DNA of 37,875 nt from Desulfurella sp. (GTDB lineage Bacteria; Campylobacterota_A; Desulfurellia; Desulfurellales; Desulfurellaceae). Position numbers and translations under genes: made by a program. The DNA lies in contig JAVRLY010000004.1 in assembly GCA_031960885.1 (NCBI GenBank), positions 1 through 37,875 on the forward strand. The letters are read 5' to 3'. Shown in pieces: positions 17,784 through 27,657 of the stretch (position 1 is its first letter; every line of letters starts with the position of its first letter). The notes beneath the pieces are model-generated. The model made no database searches. It saw only the letters and a program-made list of their open reading frames with translations, and had not been told where the DNA came from.

Positions 17784-19775
17784 TTAAGACTCAAAAACTA
17801 TTTCTTTAAAGCTTTTGCCTGGAAAATCTTTAGCTAGTTTCATTGTGCCACCAGCAAGTATCGTTTTGATTTCCCTATCTGTTAAATGATATTCAAGTGG
17901 TATAGAAATACCTTTTGTTTCGTTGTATAGTATAACCTCTCCCTTATTCTCAATTAACGCTTTTCTGATATTTGGGATTTTTATTCTGTCACCTTGATCT
18001 ATTTTGTCGTAGTCATCGGGGTTTTTGAATGTTAGTGGCAATATGCCAAAGTTAATGAGGTTAGCCCTATGGATTCGCTCAATTGCTTTTGCCACAACTG
18101 CTTTTACACCCAAATACATTGGACAAAGCGCCGCGTGTTCTCTTGAAGAGCCTTGGCCATATGAATCGCCACCCACAATAATATTGTGAATGCCCATTTT
18201 TTTGTTTTCTAAACATCTTTGAGCAAAAGTTGGGTCTCTTTTTACAAACACGTACTCAGCATATTTTGGCACATTTGAGCGGTATTTTAGCAAATCCCCA
18301 GCTGGCATAATGTCGTCTGTTGTAATTTTGTCGCCAAATTTACCTGCAACTTCGCCGACTAAATCAGCTGGCATTGAAGTGCCGCCTGGCGGATCAACAA
18401 TATTTGGACCTTTATAAAGCTCTACCTTTGAGGCTTCTATTTCTTTTGCTGGTGGTATAACAAGAGAATCATCAATAGTAAACTCGCTTGGCACATCAAC
18501 CTTTGGATATTGAATACCAAAAAGTTTTTCTAAATCTCTTGGGTCTGTTATTTTGCCTGTTAGAGCACATGCTGCTGCTGTCTCTGGGCTTACTAAATAA
18601 ATTTTTGCGGTTGTTGTTCCACTTCTTCCAAAAAAATTTCTATTGTTAGTTCTAATAGATACTGCATTGTTTCTTGGAGCCTGACCCGCGCCTATGCAAA
18701 AACCGCATGCTGATTCTAATATTCTTGCGCCAGCTGCTATAGTGTGGCCTAGCTCTCCTTCATCGGCAAGCATTCTTAAAACCTGTTTGGAGCCTGGTGC
18801 ATAGCCAAAACTCACATTTTCATTTGCCACTTTGCCTTTTAAAATTTCTGCCAATATTTTACCATCTTTATAAGAAGAGTTTGTGCAACTACCTACCATC
18901 ACTTGATCTACTGGTGTTCCTTCAACATCTCTTACACGAACTACGTTATCTGGTGAGTGAGGCTGTGCTATCATGGGTTCAAGTTCATTTAAGTTAATTT
19001 CGATTACCTTATCAAATTGTGCATCATCATCTGCTTTTAACTCTACCCAATCCGATTCTCGCTTTTGGGCCTTCAAAAATGCACGTGTTGTTTCATCTGA
19101 TGGAAAAACGCTGGTTGTAACACCAAGCTCTGCACCCATATTTGTAATTGTAGCTCGCTCTGGAACGCTCAAATGTTTAACACCATCTCCGAAATACTCT
19201 GCTATCCAACCAACATTGCCTTTTGTAGTTAGTATTTGAAGCACCTTTAGAATAATATCCTTTGCTGAAACCCACGGATTGAGCTTCCCTGTTAGCTTAA
19301 TACCAACAATTCTAGGTCTTGGCATATAAAATGGCATACCTGCCATTGCACTAGCTACATCCAAGCCACCTGCGCCAATTGCTATCATACCAATGCCACC
19401 GCCTGTTGGCGTATGCGAATCTGAGCCAAGCAATGTTTTGCCCGGTTTACCAAAACGCTCAACATGAACCTGATGACAAATACCATTGCCTGCTTTTGAT
19501 AGATACAAACCATATTTTTTTGCAAATGTTTGCAAATATGTATGGTCGTCTGCATCTTCAAAGCCCATTTGTATTGTTTTGTGGTCAATGTAACTTACGG
19601 ATACTTCAGTCTTTACTCTGGGTGTACCCATTTGTTCAAACTGAAGATCTGCCATTGTGCCTGTCGCATCTTGTGTGAGCGTCTGGTCAATTTTTATACC
19701 AATTTCATCGCCACTATCCAAACTGCCGTCAACCAAATGCGCTTTGAGTATCTTTTGGGCTACTGTTAATCCCAT
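17784..19775 (-). CDS. aconitate hydratase (short, Aquifex-type)
   Basis: QDATGTMA, GNGICHQ, GSDSHT, [4Fe-4S] ligands GSCTN and CGFC, swivel domain ITTDDIMP/YGQGSSREHAAL, RIHRANLINFG; AGGAGG RBS. Confidence 0.93.
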   Translation of the reverse strand: MGLTVAQKILKAHLVDGSLDSGDEIGIKIDQTLTQDATGTMADLQFEQMGTPRVKTEVSVSYIDHKTIQMGFEDADDHTYLQTFAKKYGLYLSKAGNGICHQVHVERFGKPGKTLLGSDSHTPTGGGIGMIAIGAGGLDVASAMAGMPFYMPRPRIVGIKLTGKLNPWVSAKDIILKVLQILTTKGNVGWIAEYFGDGVKHLSVPERATITNMGAELGVTTSVFPSDETTRAFLKAQKRESDWVELKADDDAQFDKVIEINLNELEPMIAQPHSPDNVVRVRDVEGTPVDQVMVGSCTNSSYKDGKILAEILKGKVANENVSFGYAPGSKQVLRMLADEGELGHTIAAGARILESACGFCIGAGQAPRNNAVSIRTNNRNFFGRSGTTTAKIYLVSPETAAACALTGKITDPRDLEKLFGIQYPKVDVPSEFTIDDSLVIPPAKEIEASKVELYKGPNIVDPPGGTSMPADLVGEVAGKFGDKITTDDIMPAGDLLKYRSNVPKYAEYVFVKRDPTFAQRCLENKKMGIHNIIVGGDSYGQGSSREHAALCPMYLGVKAVVAKAIERIHRANLINFGILPLTFKNPDDYDKIDQGDRIKIPNIRKALIENKGEVILYNETKGISIPLEYHLTDREIKTILAGGTMKLAKDFPGKSFKEIVFES

Positions 19776-19798
19776 ACTCTACCTCCTAGAAAATTTAC

Positions 19799-19827
19799 TT
19801 GCTTTTCTATCGCAAAATTTATATTAT
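19799..19827 (+). promoter_or_regulatory. probable sigma70 promoter of the cheB run
   Basis: TTGCTT (19799-19804), 17 nt, TATTAT (19822-19827). Confidence 0.55.
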
Positions 19828-19844
19828 TTCCCTATAAATGTCAA
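19816..19844 (-). promoter_or_regulatory. sigma70 promoter of aconitase
   Basis: TTGACA (19844-19839), 17 nt, TAAATT (19821-19816). Confidence 0.68.
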
Positions 19845-19859
19845 ATCTTTGGAGAGCTT

Positions 19860-20900
19860 ATGGTTAAGGTTTTAGTTGTCGATGACTCATTAATCTCAAG
19901 AAAATATCTAACGAGAATATTAGAAGAATCTGGGCAAATAAAAGTCATTGATACAGCATCAGATGGTCAAGAAGCCATAGAAAAAGTAAAAACACTAAAA
20001 CCTGATGTTGTTACAATGGACGTAGAAATGCCAAAATTAAATGGCTTAGAAGCGCTAAAGCGCATAATGATTGAGCACCCTGTTCCCGTCATTATGGTCT
20101 CAACGCTTACAACGGAAGGTGCAACAACCACGCTTGAAGCATTGAGACTTGGAGCGGTAGATTATATACCAAAAAACGATGTTTTAAATTTTGCTAAAAT
20201 TACTAAAGATGCAAGACAATTACTAATAGAAAAAATTCTTGCAGCAAAACAATCAAAGCCTACTAGACCAAAATTCTTATACGCTAAAGAACCCACAGAG
20301 ATTAAAACTATTAAACCCTCAACAATTACAAAAAAAGATATAAGACTGATTGCTATTGCAACATCTACTGGAGGCCCCGTTGCTCTTGAGCGTGTAATGA
20401 GCGCATTTCCAAGTGTAAATATACCTGTTTTAATTGTACAACACATGCCTGCTACGTTTACGCCAATTTTTGCAAAATCACTTGATAGAATATCTACCAT
20501 ACCCATAAAAGAAGCTCAAGATGGAGAAATTGCACAAAATGGCAAAGGCTATTTAGCGCCAGGCGGTTTACAAATGAGTGTACAAAATAAAGGAGGCATT
20601 TTTATTATAAAAATTTCAGAACAGCCAAAAACAATTTATGTTCCAAGTGCTAATATATTATTCGAATCGTGTGCTGAAACTACAAAAGACAAAACACTGG
20701 CTATTATTATGACAGGCATGGGAGATGATGGCTTTCAAGGCTTATTAAAGCTAAAAAAAGTTGGTGGCACTATCATTGCGCAAAGTAAAGAATCTTGCGT
20801 TGTATGGGGTATGCCAAGAAAACCTACGGAAAATAATCTATCAGACTATATTGGTGATTTGGACGAGATACCCAATATTGTTAAGAAAATTATAGGATAA
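19860..20900 (+). CDS. cheB: chemotaxis response regulator protein-glutamate methylesterase
   Basis: Receiver domain (VVDDS, MDVEMP, DYIPK) plus methylesterase triad STGGP, QHMP, TGMGDDG. Confidence 0.96.
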   Translation: MVKVLVVDDSLISRKYLTRILEESGQIKVIDTASDGQEAIEKVKTLKPDVVTMDVEMPKLNGLEALKRIMIEHPVPVIMVSTLTTEGATTTLEALRLGAVDYIPKNDVLNFAKITKDARQLLIEKILAAKQSKPTRPKFLYAKEPTEIKTIKPSTITKKDIRLIAIATSTGGPVALERVMSAFPSVNIPVLIVQHMPATFTPIFAKSLDRISTIPIKEAQDGEIAQNGKGYLAPGGLQMSVQNKGGIFIIKISEQPKTIYVPSANILFESCAETTKDKTLAIIMTGMGDDGFQGLLKLKKVGGTIIAQSKESCVVWGMPRKPTENNLSDYIGDLDEIPNIVKKIIG

Positions 20901-20902
20901 AA

Positions 20903-21871
20903 ATGGCAGAAATTTTATCTCAAGAAGAAATAGATGCGCTGCTTTCTACAATAGGCAAAGAAGAAGAAAAAGATGAGCTACCAGAAAGCCTAATCGAAGA
21001 AAAAATATCTATCTATGATTTTAAAAGGCCGGATAAAGTATCAAAGGAGCAAATTAGGGCGCTTAAAAATTTGCATGACAAGCTTGCTAGAAATTTTTCT
21101 TCTAAACTTTCTGGTGCACTTCGTACAATTATAGAAATAGATGTTGTAAGTGTGGATCAAATGACCTATGGTGAATTTGTGCTTTCTCTCTCTCAATCTG
21201 TAAGCTTTAATGTCATAAGTCTGCATCCACTTGAAGGCAGTGGCATCATTGCAATAGAACCAGATATAGGCTTTGTGTTAATAGATAAATTGCTTGGTGG
21301 ACTTGGAGCAACATTTCCTAGCATAAGGCCATTTACAGATATAGAGCAAAGTATTATTTTGGATATAGTTAATTTAATGCTTAGTGATTTAAAAAACATT
21401 TGGTCTCCAATTGCTGAAATAAAATTTGAAGTAACTGCACAAGAAACAAGCCCTAATGTTGTTCAGATTGTATCACCCTCAGAAATTGTTGTGCTAATTG
21501 TGTTTGAAGTTAAAATTGGAGAGTTTAAGGGTATCATAAACTTCTGTTTGCCAGTTATTACGCTTGAGCCTATTTTAACAAAAATAGGCACGCATGACAT
21601 GCTCTCAATTTCAAAAAAAGACCACGTAAGCAGAACCACAGATATATTGCAAATGATAGATAATGTTTTAATCCGTCTTGATGTATACTTAGGCGACTTT
21701 AAAATTAACATTGAAAGCTTCTTAAATCTCAAACCCAATGAGATATATATTCTTCAAAAAAGTATTGGAGAGCCCGCAGATGTATATTGCAATGGCGTTA
21801 AAAAATTTGAAGCAAAACTAGGCAAACTAAAAACAAAAAAAGCTATTAAAATAAATAAAATCACTGTATAG
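20903..21871 (+). CDS. fliM: flagellar motor switch protein FliM
   Basis: CheY-binding LSQEEIDALL, YDFKRPDKVSKEQ, SVDQMTYGEF, LLGG. Confidence 0.96.
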   Translation: MAEILSQEEIDALLSTIGKEEEKDELPESLIEEKISIYDFKRPDKVSKEQIRALKNLHDKLARNFSSKLSGALRTIIEIDVVSVDQMTYGEFVLSLSQSVSFNVISLHPLEGSGIIAIEPDIGFVLIDKLLGGLGATFPSIRPFTDIEQSIILDIVNLMLSDLKNIWSPIAEIKFEVTAQETSPNVVQIVSPSEIVVLIVFEVKIGEFKGIINFCLPVITLEPILTKIGTHDMLSISKKDHVSRTTDILQMIDNVLIRLDVYLGDFKINIESFLNLKPNEIYILQKSIGEPADVYCNGVKKFEAKLGKLKTKKAIKINKITV

Positions 21872-21881
21872 GGGGCAATGT

Positions 21882-22757
21882 TTGTTTGATTTAGCGAAAA
21901 ATATTAACGAAAATATACAAATTTTTTTCACGCAAGAAGCTATACATTTAGAAGAAACACTTAAAAAAGCTTTAAATGTAGATTGTTTAATAAAATTCAC
22001 AAAAGTCCAAACAGTAGATAGTGTTAAAAAGGGAGATTTTTTCGGAAAATTCGAGATTGATATAGAGGGTATTAAGCTCGGTTTATATTTATCAATGGAT
22101 GCAAAGATTGCCTCAACTTTATCAGATTTAATGTTGATGGGACCGGGTCAAACAAAAGAAAATTTAGAACCAGACGATATAGATTCTTTAAAAGAACTTT
22201 TTTCACAAAGTTTTGGTGCTTTTGTTACAGCGATTAGAGAAAGTGGCTATAAAGCAAGTTTTGATGGATTTGCTCAAACTGAACCATCAGACAACACTTT
22301 TTTTGAGTCTGAATTAGAAATCATAATATCAAATATTGCAAGTGGTTCAATATTTCAGTATGCGAGCACAAAAGAATTTGAAATGCTTTTAGATAACCTA
22401 AAAGTTGAGTTAACGCCCGCAGAGGATAAAACCACAAGCACGCCTATATTCGAAATAGAAGAAGAAAAACACCACAATACCAATGAAGCTTCTAAGGATA
22501 ACTTGAATTTACTAATGGATATAGATTTAAATGCGCGTGTTAGAATTGGTTCAAAACAAATGCTACTTAAAGATATTGTAAAATTATCAGAAGGCACTAT
22601 AATAGACTTGGATAAAAGTGTAGATGAGCCAATGGAAATTTTAGTAAATGGCAAAACAGTCGCCAAAGGAATAGTTGTTGTAGTCGGTGGAAATTTTGGC
22701 ATAAAAATTACACATATTGGCACAAAGGAAGACAGAATAAAAAGCCTTGGGGGATAG
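21882..22757 (+). CDS. fliY: flagellar switch protein FliY/FliN (degenerate CheC-like N-domain plus SpoA domain)
   Basis: C-terminal NLNLLMDIDL..RIG..GTIIDLD..ILVNGK.VAKG.VVVV.GNFGIKIT; N-terminal LSDLMLMG..DDIDSLKE; follows fliM; TTG start. Confidence 0.85.
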   Translation: MFDLAKNINENIQIFFTQEAIHLEETLKKALNVDCLIKFTKVQTVDSVKKGDFFGKFEIDIEGIKLGLYLSMDAKIASTLSDLMLMGPGQTKENLEPDDIDSLKELFSQSFGAFVTAIRESGYKASFDGFAQTEPSDNTFFESELEIIISNIASGSIFQYASTKEFEMLLDNLKVELTPAEDKTTSTPIFEIEEEKHHNTNEASKDNLNLLMDIDLNARVRIGSKQMLLKDIVKLSEGTIIDLDKSVDEPMEILVNGKTVAKGIVVVVGGNFGIKITHIGTKEDRIKSLGG

Positions 22758-22759
22758 TG

Positions 22760-23209
22760 ATGGAAAGTTGTAGGTTAGGTTTTGGGATTATATCAAAAGA
22801 AGACGAAGAGGTAGTTAAAAATATACTAAAAATGAAAACAATAGCTGTTGTTGGATTATCGCCAAAACCAGATAGGCCAAGTTACGATGTAGCTCAATAT
22901 ATGCAAAGCAAAGGCTACAAAATCATTCCAGTAAGACCCGGTGTTAGTGAAATTTTAGGCGAGAAGTGCTATGCAAAACTAGAAGATATACCATTTAGTG
23001 TAGATGTTGTGGATGTATTTAGAAATGCAAAAGATTGTCCCGCTGTTGTAGAATCCGCATTAAAAATTAAACCAAAAGCAATATGGTTGCAAGAAGATAT
23101 AATAAGTCCAGAATCAAAAGAAATGCTAAAAGGCAGCAACATACTGTTTATAATGGATTATTGCTTAAAAAAAGCCTATCAGAAATATATTGAGGGAATC
23201 CTTAGTTGA
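22760..23209 (+). CDS. CoA-binding protein (YccU family)
   Basis: TIAVVGLSPKPDRPS, GYKIIPV, VDVVDVFR, IWLQ, IMDYC. Confidence 0.9.
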   Translation: MESCRLGFGIISKEDEEVVKNILKMKTIAVVGLSPKPDRPSYDVAQYMQSKGYKIIPVRPGVSEILGEKCYAKLEDIPFSVDVVDVFRNAKDCPAVVESALKIKPKAIWLQEDIISPESKEMLKGSNILFIMDYCLKKAYQKYIEGILS

Positions 23210-24063
23210 CACTTTGTTTTGATATTGGCGGAACACGCATAAAATACGCAAAAGTTGATAATTCTTATAATTTGAGTGAATTGAAAGTTATACAAACGCC
23301 ACAAAACTTACATGATTTTAAACGTACGATATTAGAAATTTTATATAAAAATCAAGAAAAAAATATCGGTTTTTGTATAGCTGGTATTGTTGATTATAGC
23401 TCAAAAACTATAAAACACTCGCCTAATATGCTTTTTTTAAATAATTTTAATTTTAATGAATTCCAACTTTCAAGTGCTCATATTGAAATAGAAAACGATG
23501 CTAATGCAGCTTGCTTAAATTCTTATAGAAAATATAAAATACCAAATATGATACATTTAACACTTGGTACAGGCTTAGGCGGTGGCGCAATAGTGAATGG
23601 ACAACTGTTAAAAAGCTCTATCAGCGTATTTGAAGTTGGTCACATCAGTGTTAATGTAAACGGCAGACGTTGCGGTTGTAACAATAGAGGCTGCATAGAA
23701 CAATACACTGGCGCATCTAGTATAGTTAAGTTTGCAAATCGAAATGGCATCTTTGATTCGCTGGAAAATATATTTAGCAATTACGCCAAAAACAACAGCA
23801 ATAAACGCATAGTTAATCGCTTTGCTCAGTATTTAGGCATTGTTGTGGCAGACCTAATTAATATATTTGGCAGTGATTTGGTGGTTTTTAGTGGTGGAAT
23901 GGCTTCGGAATTTGATGTTTGGAGCCATATATTAATACAAACTGTACGAAGGCGTTCTTTTGTATATAGAATTAAGCCTTGTAAGTTTGCTGTTGATAAA
24001 AACCCGGAATTTTCAGGACTGTTTGGTATAGCTAGTAAATTTATTGAGGGGTTAGATGGATAA
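23206..24063 (+). CDS. ROK-family sugar kinase (glucokinase-like)
   Basis: DIGGT, ENDANAA, TLGTGLGG, EVGH, zinc motif CGCNNRGCIE; no N-terminal HTH. Confidence 0.9.
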   Translation: MTLCFDIGGTRIKYAKVDNSYNLSELKVIQTPQNLHDFKRTILEILYKNQEKNIGFCIAGIVDYSSKTIKHSPNMLFLNNFNFNEFQLSSAHIEIENDANAACLNSYRKYKIPNMIHLTLGTGLGGGAIVNGQLLKSSISVFEVGHISVNVNGRRCGCNNRGCIEQYTGASSIVKFANRNGIFDSLENIFSNYAKNNSNKRIVNRFAQYLGIVVADLINIFGSDLVVFSGGMASEFDVWSHILIQTVRRRSFVYRIKPCKFAVDKNPEFSGLFGIASKFIEGLDG

Positions 24064-25309
24064 GTTTGTTATAGAAGGTTCGAAAAACTTACATGGAAAT
24101 GTTGAAATCAGTGGTTCAAAAAACGCAGCTCTACCTATCATTGCTGCAACATGCTTATGCGATGGCCCATGTGTTATAAACAATGTGCCAAACTTAGCAG
24201 ATATAAATACAATGTTAAAGCTTGTTGAAAATATGGGATGTAATTATAGTTTTGCCAACAACTCCATTCATATTGATTGTTCAAAACTCAAGTCTACAAA
24301 AGCTGAATATGATTTAGTGCGAAAAATGAGAGCGTCTATATTAGTCCTTGGACCACTCATAACAAAATATTTAAATGCAATTGTATCATTGCCAGGTGGG
24401 TGCGCAATCGGTGTAAGACCCGTTAATTTACACATAGATGCCCTAAAAGCAATGGGTGCAAGCGTCAATATTGAAAAAGGCTATATACACGCAACTGCAA
24501 AGAAACTAAAAGGTACAGAAATTTATTTAGATACACCAACTGTCACCGGCACAGAAAATATCATTATGGCAGCTACACTAGCCGAAGATAAAACCACCAT
24601 ATATAATGCTGCAAAAGAACCAGAAGTTGTTGATTTAGCAAACTTTTTGAATAAATGTGGTGCTAAAATTTCTGGCGCTGGCAGCTCTACAATAGAAATT
24701 ATTGGCGTGGCAAAATTAACTGGGTGCGAGTACGAAGTAATGCCCGACAGAATAGAAGCGGGCACTTTTATGTGTATAGCACATGCCACACATTCAACCT
24801 TAACCATTAAAAATGCACCCATTTACTGTATGCATGCAATTATTGACAAAATTAAGGAAGCGGGCGCAGATGTACAAATCAAAGACAACGATTGCACAGT
24901 AATATCACATTCAAATATTTTGCCTGTAAATATTAAAACATTTGCCTACCCTGGTTTTCCCACTGATATGCAAGCACAGTTTACTGCAATGTTAACGCTT
25001 GCTCAAGGCACAAGCATCATAGAAGAAACAATTTTTGAAAATAGATTTCAGCACGTTGCGGAGTTAAATCGTATGGGCGCAAATATAGTAATAAGTGGCA
25101 ACAAAGCAATTGTTAATGGTGTAAAAAAAATATACGGAGCACAAGTTATGGCAACAGACTTAAGGGCAAGCGCAAGTCTTGTTATAGCAGCTTTGGCTGC
25201 AGAAAACACAACTGAGATTTTGCGCATTTATCACTTAGATAGAGGATATGAGTTTTTAGATAAAAAATTACAAGCACTTGGTGCAAGAATCAAAAGAGTA
25301 TCACAGTGA
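24056..25309 (+). CDS. murA: UDP-N-acetylglucosamine 1-carboxyvinyltransferase
   Basis: SGSKNAALP, MRAS, LPGGCAIGVRP (active-site Cys present), AAKEPE, PDRIEAGT, PGFPTDMQ, DLRA, HLDRGY. Confidence 0.98.
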   Translation: MDKFVIEGSKNLHGNVEISGSKNAALPIIAATCLCDGPCVINNVPNLADINTMLKLVENMGCNYSFANNSIHIDCSKLKSTKAEYDLVRKMRASILVLGPLITKYLNAIVSLPGGCAIGVRPVNLHIDALKAMGASVNIEKGYIHATAKKLKGTEIYLDTPTVTGTENIIMAATLAEDKTTIYNAAKEPEVVDLANFLNKCGAKISGAGSSTIEIIGVAKLTGCEYEVMPDRIEAGTFMCIAHATHSTLTIKNAPIYCMHAIIDKIKEAGADVQIKDNDCTVISHSNILPVNIKTFAYPGFPTDMQAQFTAMLTLAQGTSIIEETIFENRFQHVAELNRMGANIVISGNKAIVNGVKKIYGAQVMATDLRASASLVIAALAAENTTEILRIYHLDRGYEFLDKKLQALGARIKRVSQ

Positions 25310-25917
25310 AAAAACTTACAATTGCTCTTGCAAAAGGGCGTTTAATGGATGAAACAATTGAATTATTTGAAAAAAAAGGTATAAGCATAAATTATGAAAA
25401 AGATAGCAGAAAACTAATCTTCGAAAGCACTGATGCCACTTTAAGATTTTTGATTGTACGCGCACAAGATGTAGCTACGTATGTTGAAGGTGGTCGTGCT
25501 GATTTAGGAATATCTGGACTTGATGTCCTTATGGAAAACAAAAAAGATGTGTTTGAGCTAATAGACTTAAGTATTGGAAAATGTAAACTCGTAGTAGCAG
25601 GCAAAAGCTCTGATTACCCAGACACGCCAACTCAACTAAAAGTTGCAACAAAATTTGTGAACATAACCGATGAATTCTTTGCTAAAAAAGGTATGAGTAT
25701 AGAGATTATAAAACTATATGGCTCAATTGAACTAGCAGGCGTTATAGGACTTGCTGATTGCATTGTAGATATAGTGTCGACAGGCCAAACGCTAAAAGAA
25801 AATGGCCTCTATGTCATAGAAGATATGTTGGAATCAAGCGCTTTTTTAATTGCAAATCGCGTAAGCTATTACACAAAAAATAAAGAAATAGTTAGATTAC
25901 TTGAAGTATTAAAATAA
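25306..25917 (+). CDS. hisG: ATP phosphoribosyltransferase, short form
   Basis: ALAKGR, VRAQDV, DLGISGLD, VATK, GSIELA..GLADCIVDIVSTGQTLKEN; 203 aa, no C-terminal regulatory domain. Confidence 0.96.
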   Translation: MKKLTIALAKGRLMDETIELFEKKGISINYEKDSRKLIFESTDATLRFLIVRAQDVATYVEGGRADLGISGLDVLMENKKDVFELIDLSIGKCKLVVAGKSSDYPDTPTQLKVATKFVNITDEFFAKKGMSIEIIKLYGSIELAGVIGLADCIVDIVSTGQTLKENGLYVIEDMLESSAFLIANRVSYYTKNKEIVRLLEVLK

Positions 25918-25918
25918 A

Positions 25919-26578
25919 ATGGGGGAAATTACGCTATCAAATGTTTTAAACTTTTATAAAGAGTTAGGCGTCGAATACTTAGACTCCAAATTAAATCAAA
26001 AAAAACACGAGCTAGATAAAAACCTAACATTGTTTGAAAAACTTAAAAAAGAGGTAGAAAATTGCAAAGCGTGCGAACTATACAAAACGCGTAAAAACTA
26101 CGTATTTGGCGAGGGCAATATAGATGCCCAACTTATGTTGATTGGAGAAGCGCCCGGCGCAACTGAAGATGAACAGGGACTGCCTTTTGTTGGTAGGGCT
26201 GGGCAATTATTAAGCGAATTATTAAAAGAGATTGGTATTGACCGAAAGGAAATCTATATTACAAACTGTCTAAAATGTAGACCGCCAAATAACAGAGATC
26301 CTCAAGAAAACGAGCTTAATGCTTGCAGGCCTTTTTTAAACAAACAGATCGAATTAATAAAGCCCCAAGTGATAGTTACGTTAGGCAGATTTGCCATGAT
26401 GGAACTTTTAGGTAGCGATAAAAAAATATCGCAATGTAGAGGACAGCTTTTTAAAATAAATGACTACATGGTTATCCCAACATACCATCCTGCTTATCTG
26501 TTAAGAAACCCTAAGGCAATTGAAATATTCGTTGGAGATTTATCAAAAGCTAAAGAATTTATGCGGAGTTTTAAATGA
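25919..26578 (+). CDS. uracil-DNA glycosylase family 4 ([4Fe-4S])
   Basis: CKAC, VFGEG, IGEAPG..ED..G.PFVGRAG, KCRPPNNRDP, TYHPAYLLR. Confidence 0.95.
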   Translation: MGEITLSNVLNFYKELGVEYLDSKLNQKKHELDKNLTLFEKLKKEVENCKACELYKTRKNYVFGEGNIDAQLMLIGEAPGATEDEQGLPFVGRAGQLLSELLKEIGIDRKEIYITNCLKCRPPNNRDPQENELNACRPFLNKQIELIKPQVIVTLGRFAMMELLGSDKKISQCRGQLFKINDYMVIPTYHPAYLLRNPKAIEIFVGDLSKAKEFMRSFK

Positions 26579-27657
26579 GTCGTATAATAAGTGTAAATCT
26601 CTCTCAAAGCTACAATATATATATAAGTGAAAATGGTTTAGAGAGTCTTAGCGATTTTTTAAACAATTCAAATTTTGTTAGAAAATTATTTATAATTTCT
26701 GACACTAATGTGTGCAGACTACATTTGCAAACACTTATAAAGTATATTGAAAATGCTGATTTTGCTTACTCAATATACTGCTTTGAGCCAGGCGAACAAA
26801 GCAAAAGCAAAGAAGTGTTATTTGACATATACGATTTTTTAATTGAACACCAAGCAGACAGAAAAACACCTCTGATATGCTTTGGTGGTGGCGTTGTTGG
26901 CGATATTGCATCGTTTGCAGCAAGCACATTTATGCGCGGTATGCCTTTAATACATGTGCCCACTACAGTTGTATCCCAAACAGATAGCTCAATTGGTGGA
27001 AAAACAGCCATTAATCACCCAAAAGGAAAAAACCTCATTGGCACATTCTATCAGCCACATGCTGTATTCATTAATACAAAGTTTTTAGATACGCTAAGCG
27101 ATGAAGAGTTTTTTGATGCTTTTTCCGAAATTATTAAGTATGGCATTATTATGGACAGGCAGCTTTTTAACTTCATAGAAACTCACACTGAAGACATTTT
27201 AAGAAGAGACAATACGGCTGTATCAAGAATTATTTATGAATGCGCAAAAGATAAAAGCTTAATCATCCAAAAAGATGAAAAAGAGACTAACTTAAGGGCC
27301 ATACTTAATTTTGGGCACACACTTGCTCATGCAATCGAAGCATTTTTTGAATATAAAAAATACACACACCCACAAGCTGTATCGATTGGTGAGGTATTTG
27401 CAGCAAAACTTTCATATACGCTTGGATTGATTGATGAAAAAACACTCAAAAGAATAAAAAATTTGCTTGAAAAATTTCATCTACCTACAAAAATAGAACA
27501 AGTGCCACCAGAAGCTCTTATTAATATTATGCAACATGATAAAAAGGCTAAAGGCGGTGTGTTAGAATTTATATTGACAAAAGATATAGGAGAAGCTATT
27601 ATTGAAAGCGACATAGAATATAGTTTACTAGTAAGGACAATTAGAGAGTTGCAGTGA
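26575..27657 (+). CDS. aroB: 3-dehydroquinate synthase
   Basis: GEQSK, GGGVVGD, VPTT..QTDSSIGGKTAIN, KNLIGTFYQP, LNFGHTLAHAIE, HDKK. Confidence 0.97.
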   Translation: MSRIISVNLSQSYNIYISENGLESLSDFLNNSNFVRKLFIISDTNVCRLHLQTLIKYIENADFAYSIYCFEPGEQSKSKEVLFDIYDFLIEHQADRKTPLICFGGGVVGDIASFAASTFMRGMPLIHVPTTVVSQTDSSIGGKTAINHPKGKNLIGTFYQPHAVFINTKFLDTLSDEEFFDAFSEIIKYGIIMDRQLFNFIETHTEDILRRDNTAVSRIIYECAKDKSLIIQKDEKETNLRAILNFGHTLAHAIEAFFEYKKYTHPQAVSIGEVFAAKLSYTLGLIDEKTLKRIKNLLEKFHLPTKIEQVPPEALINIMQHDKKAKGGVLEFILTKDIGEAIIESDIEYSLLVRTIRELQ

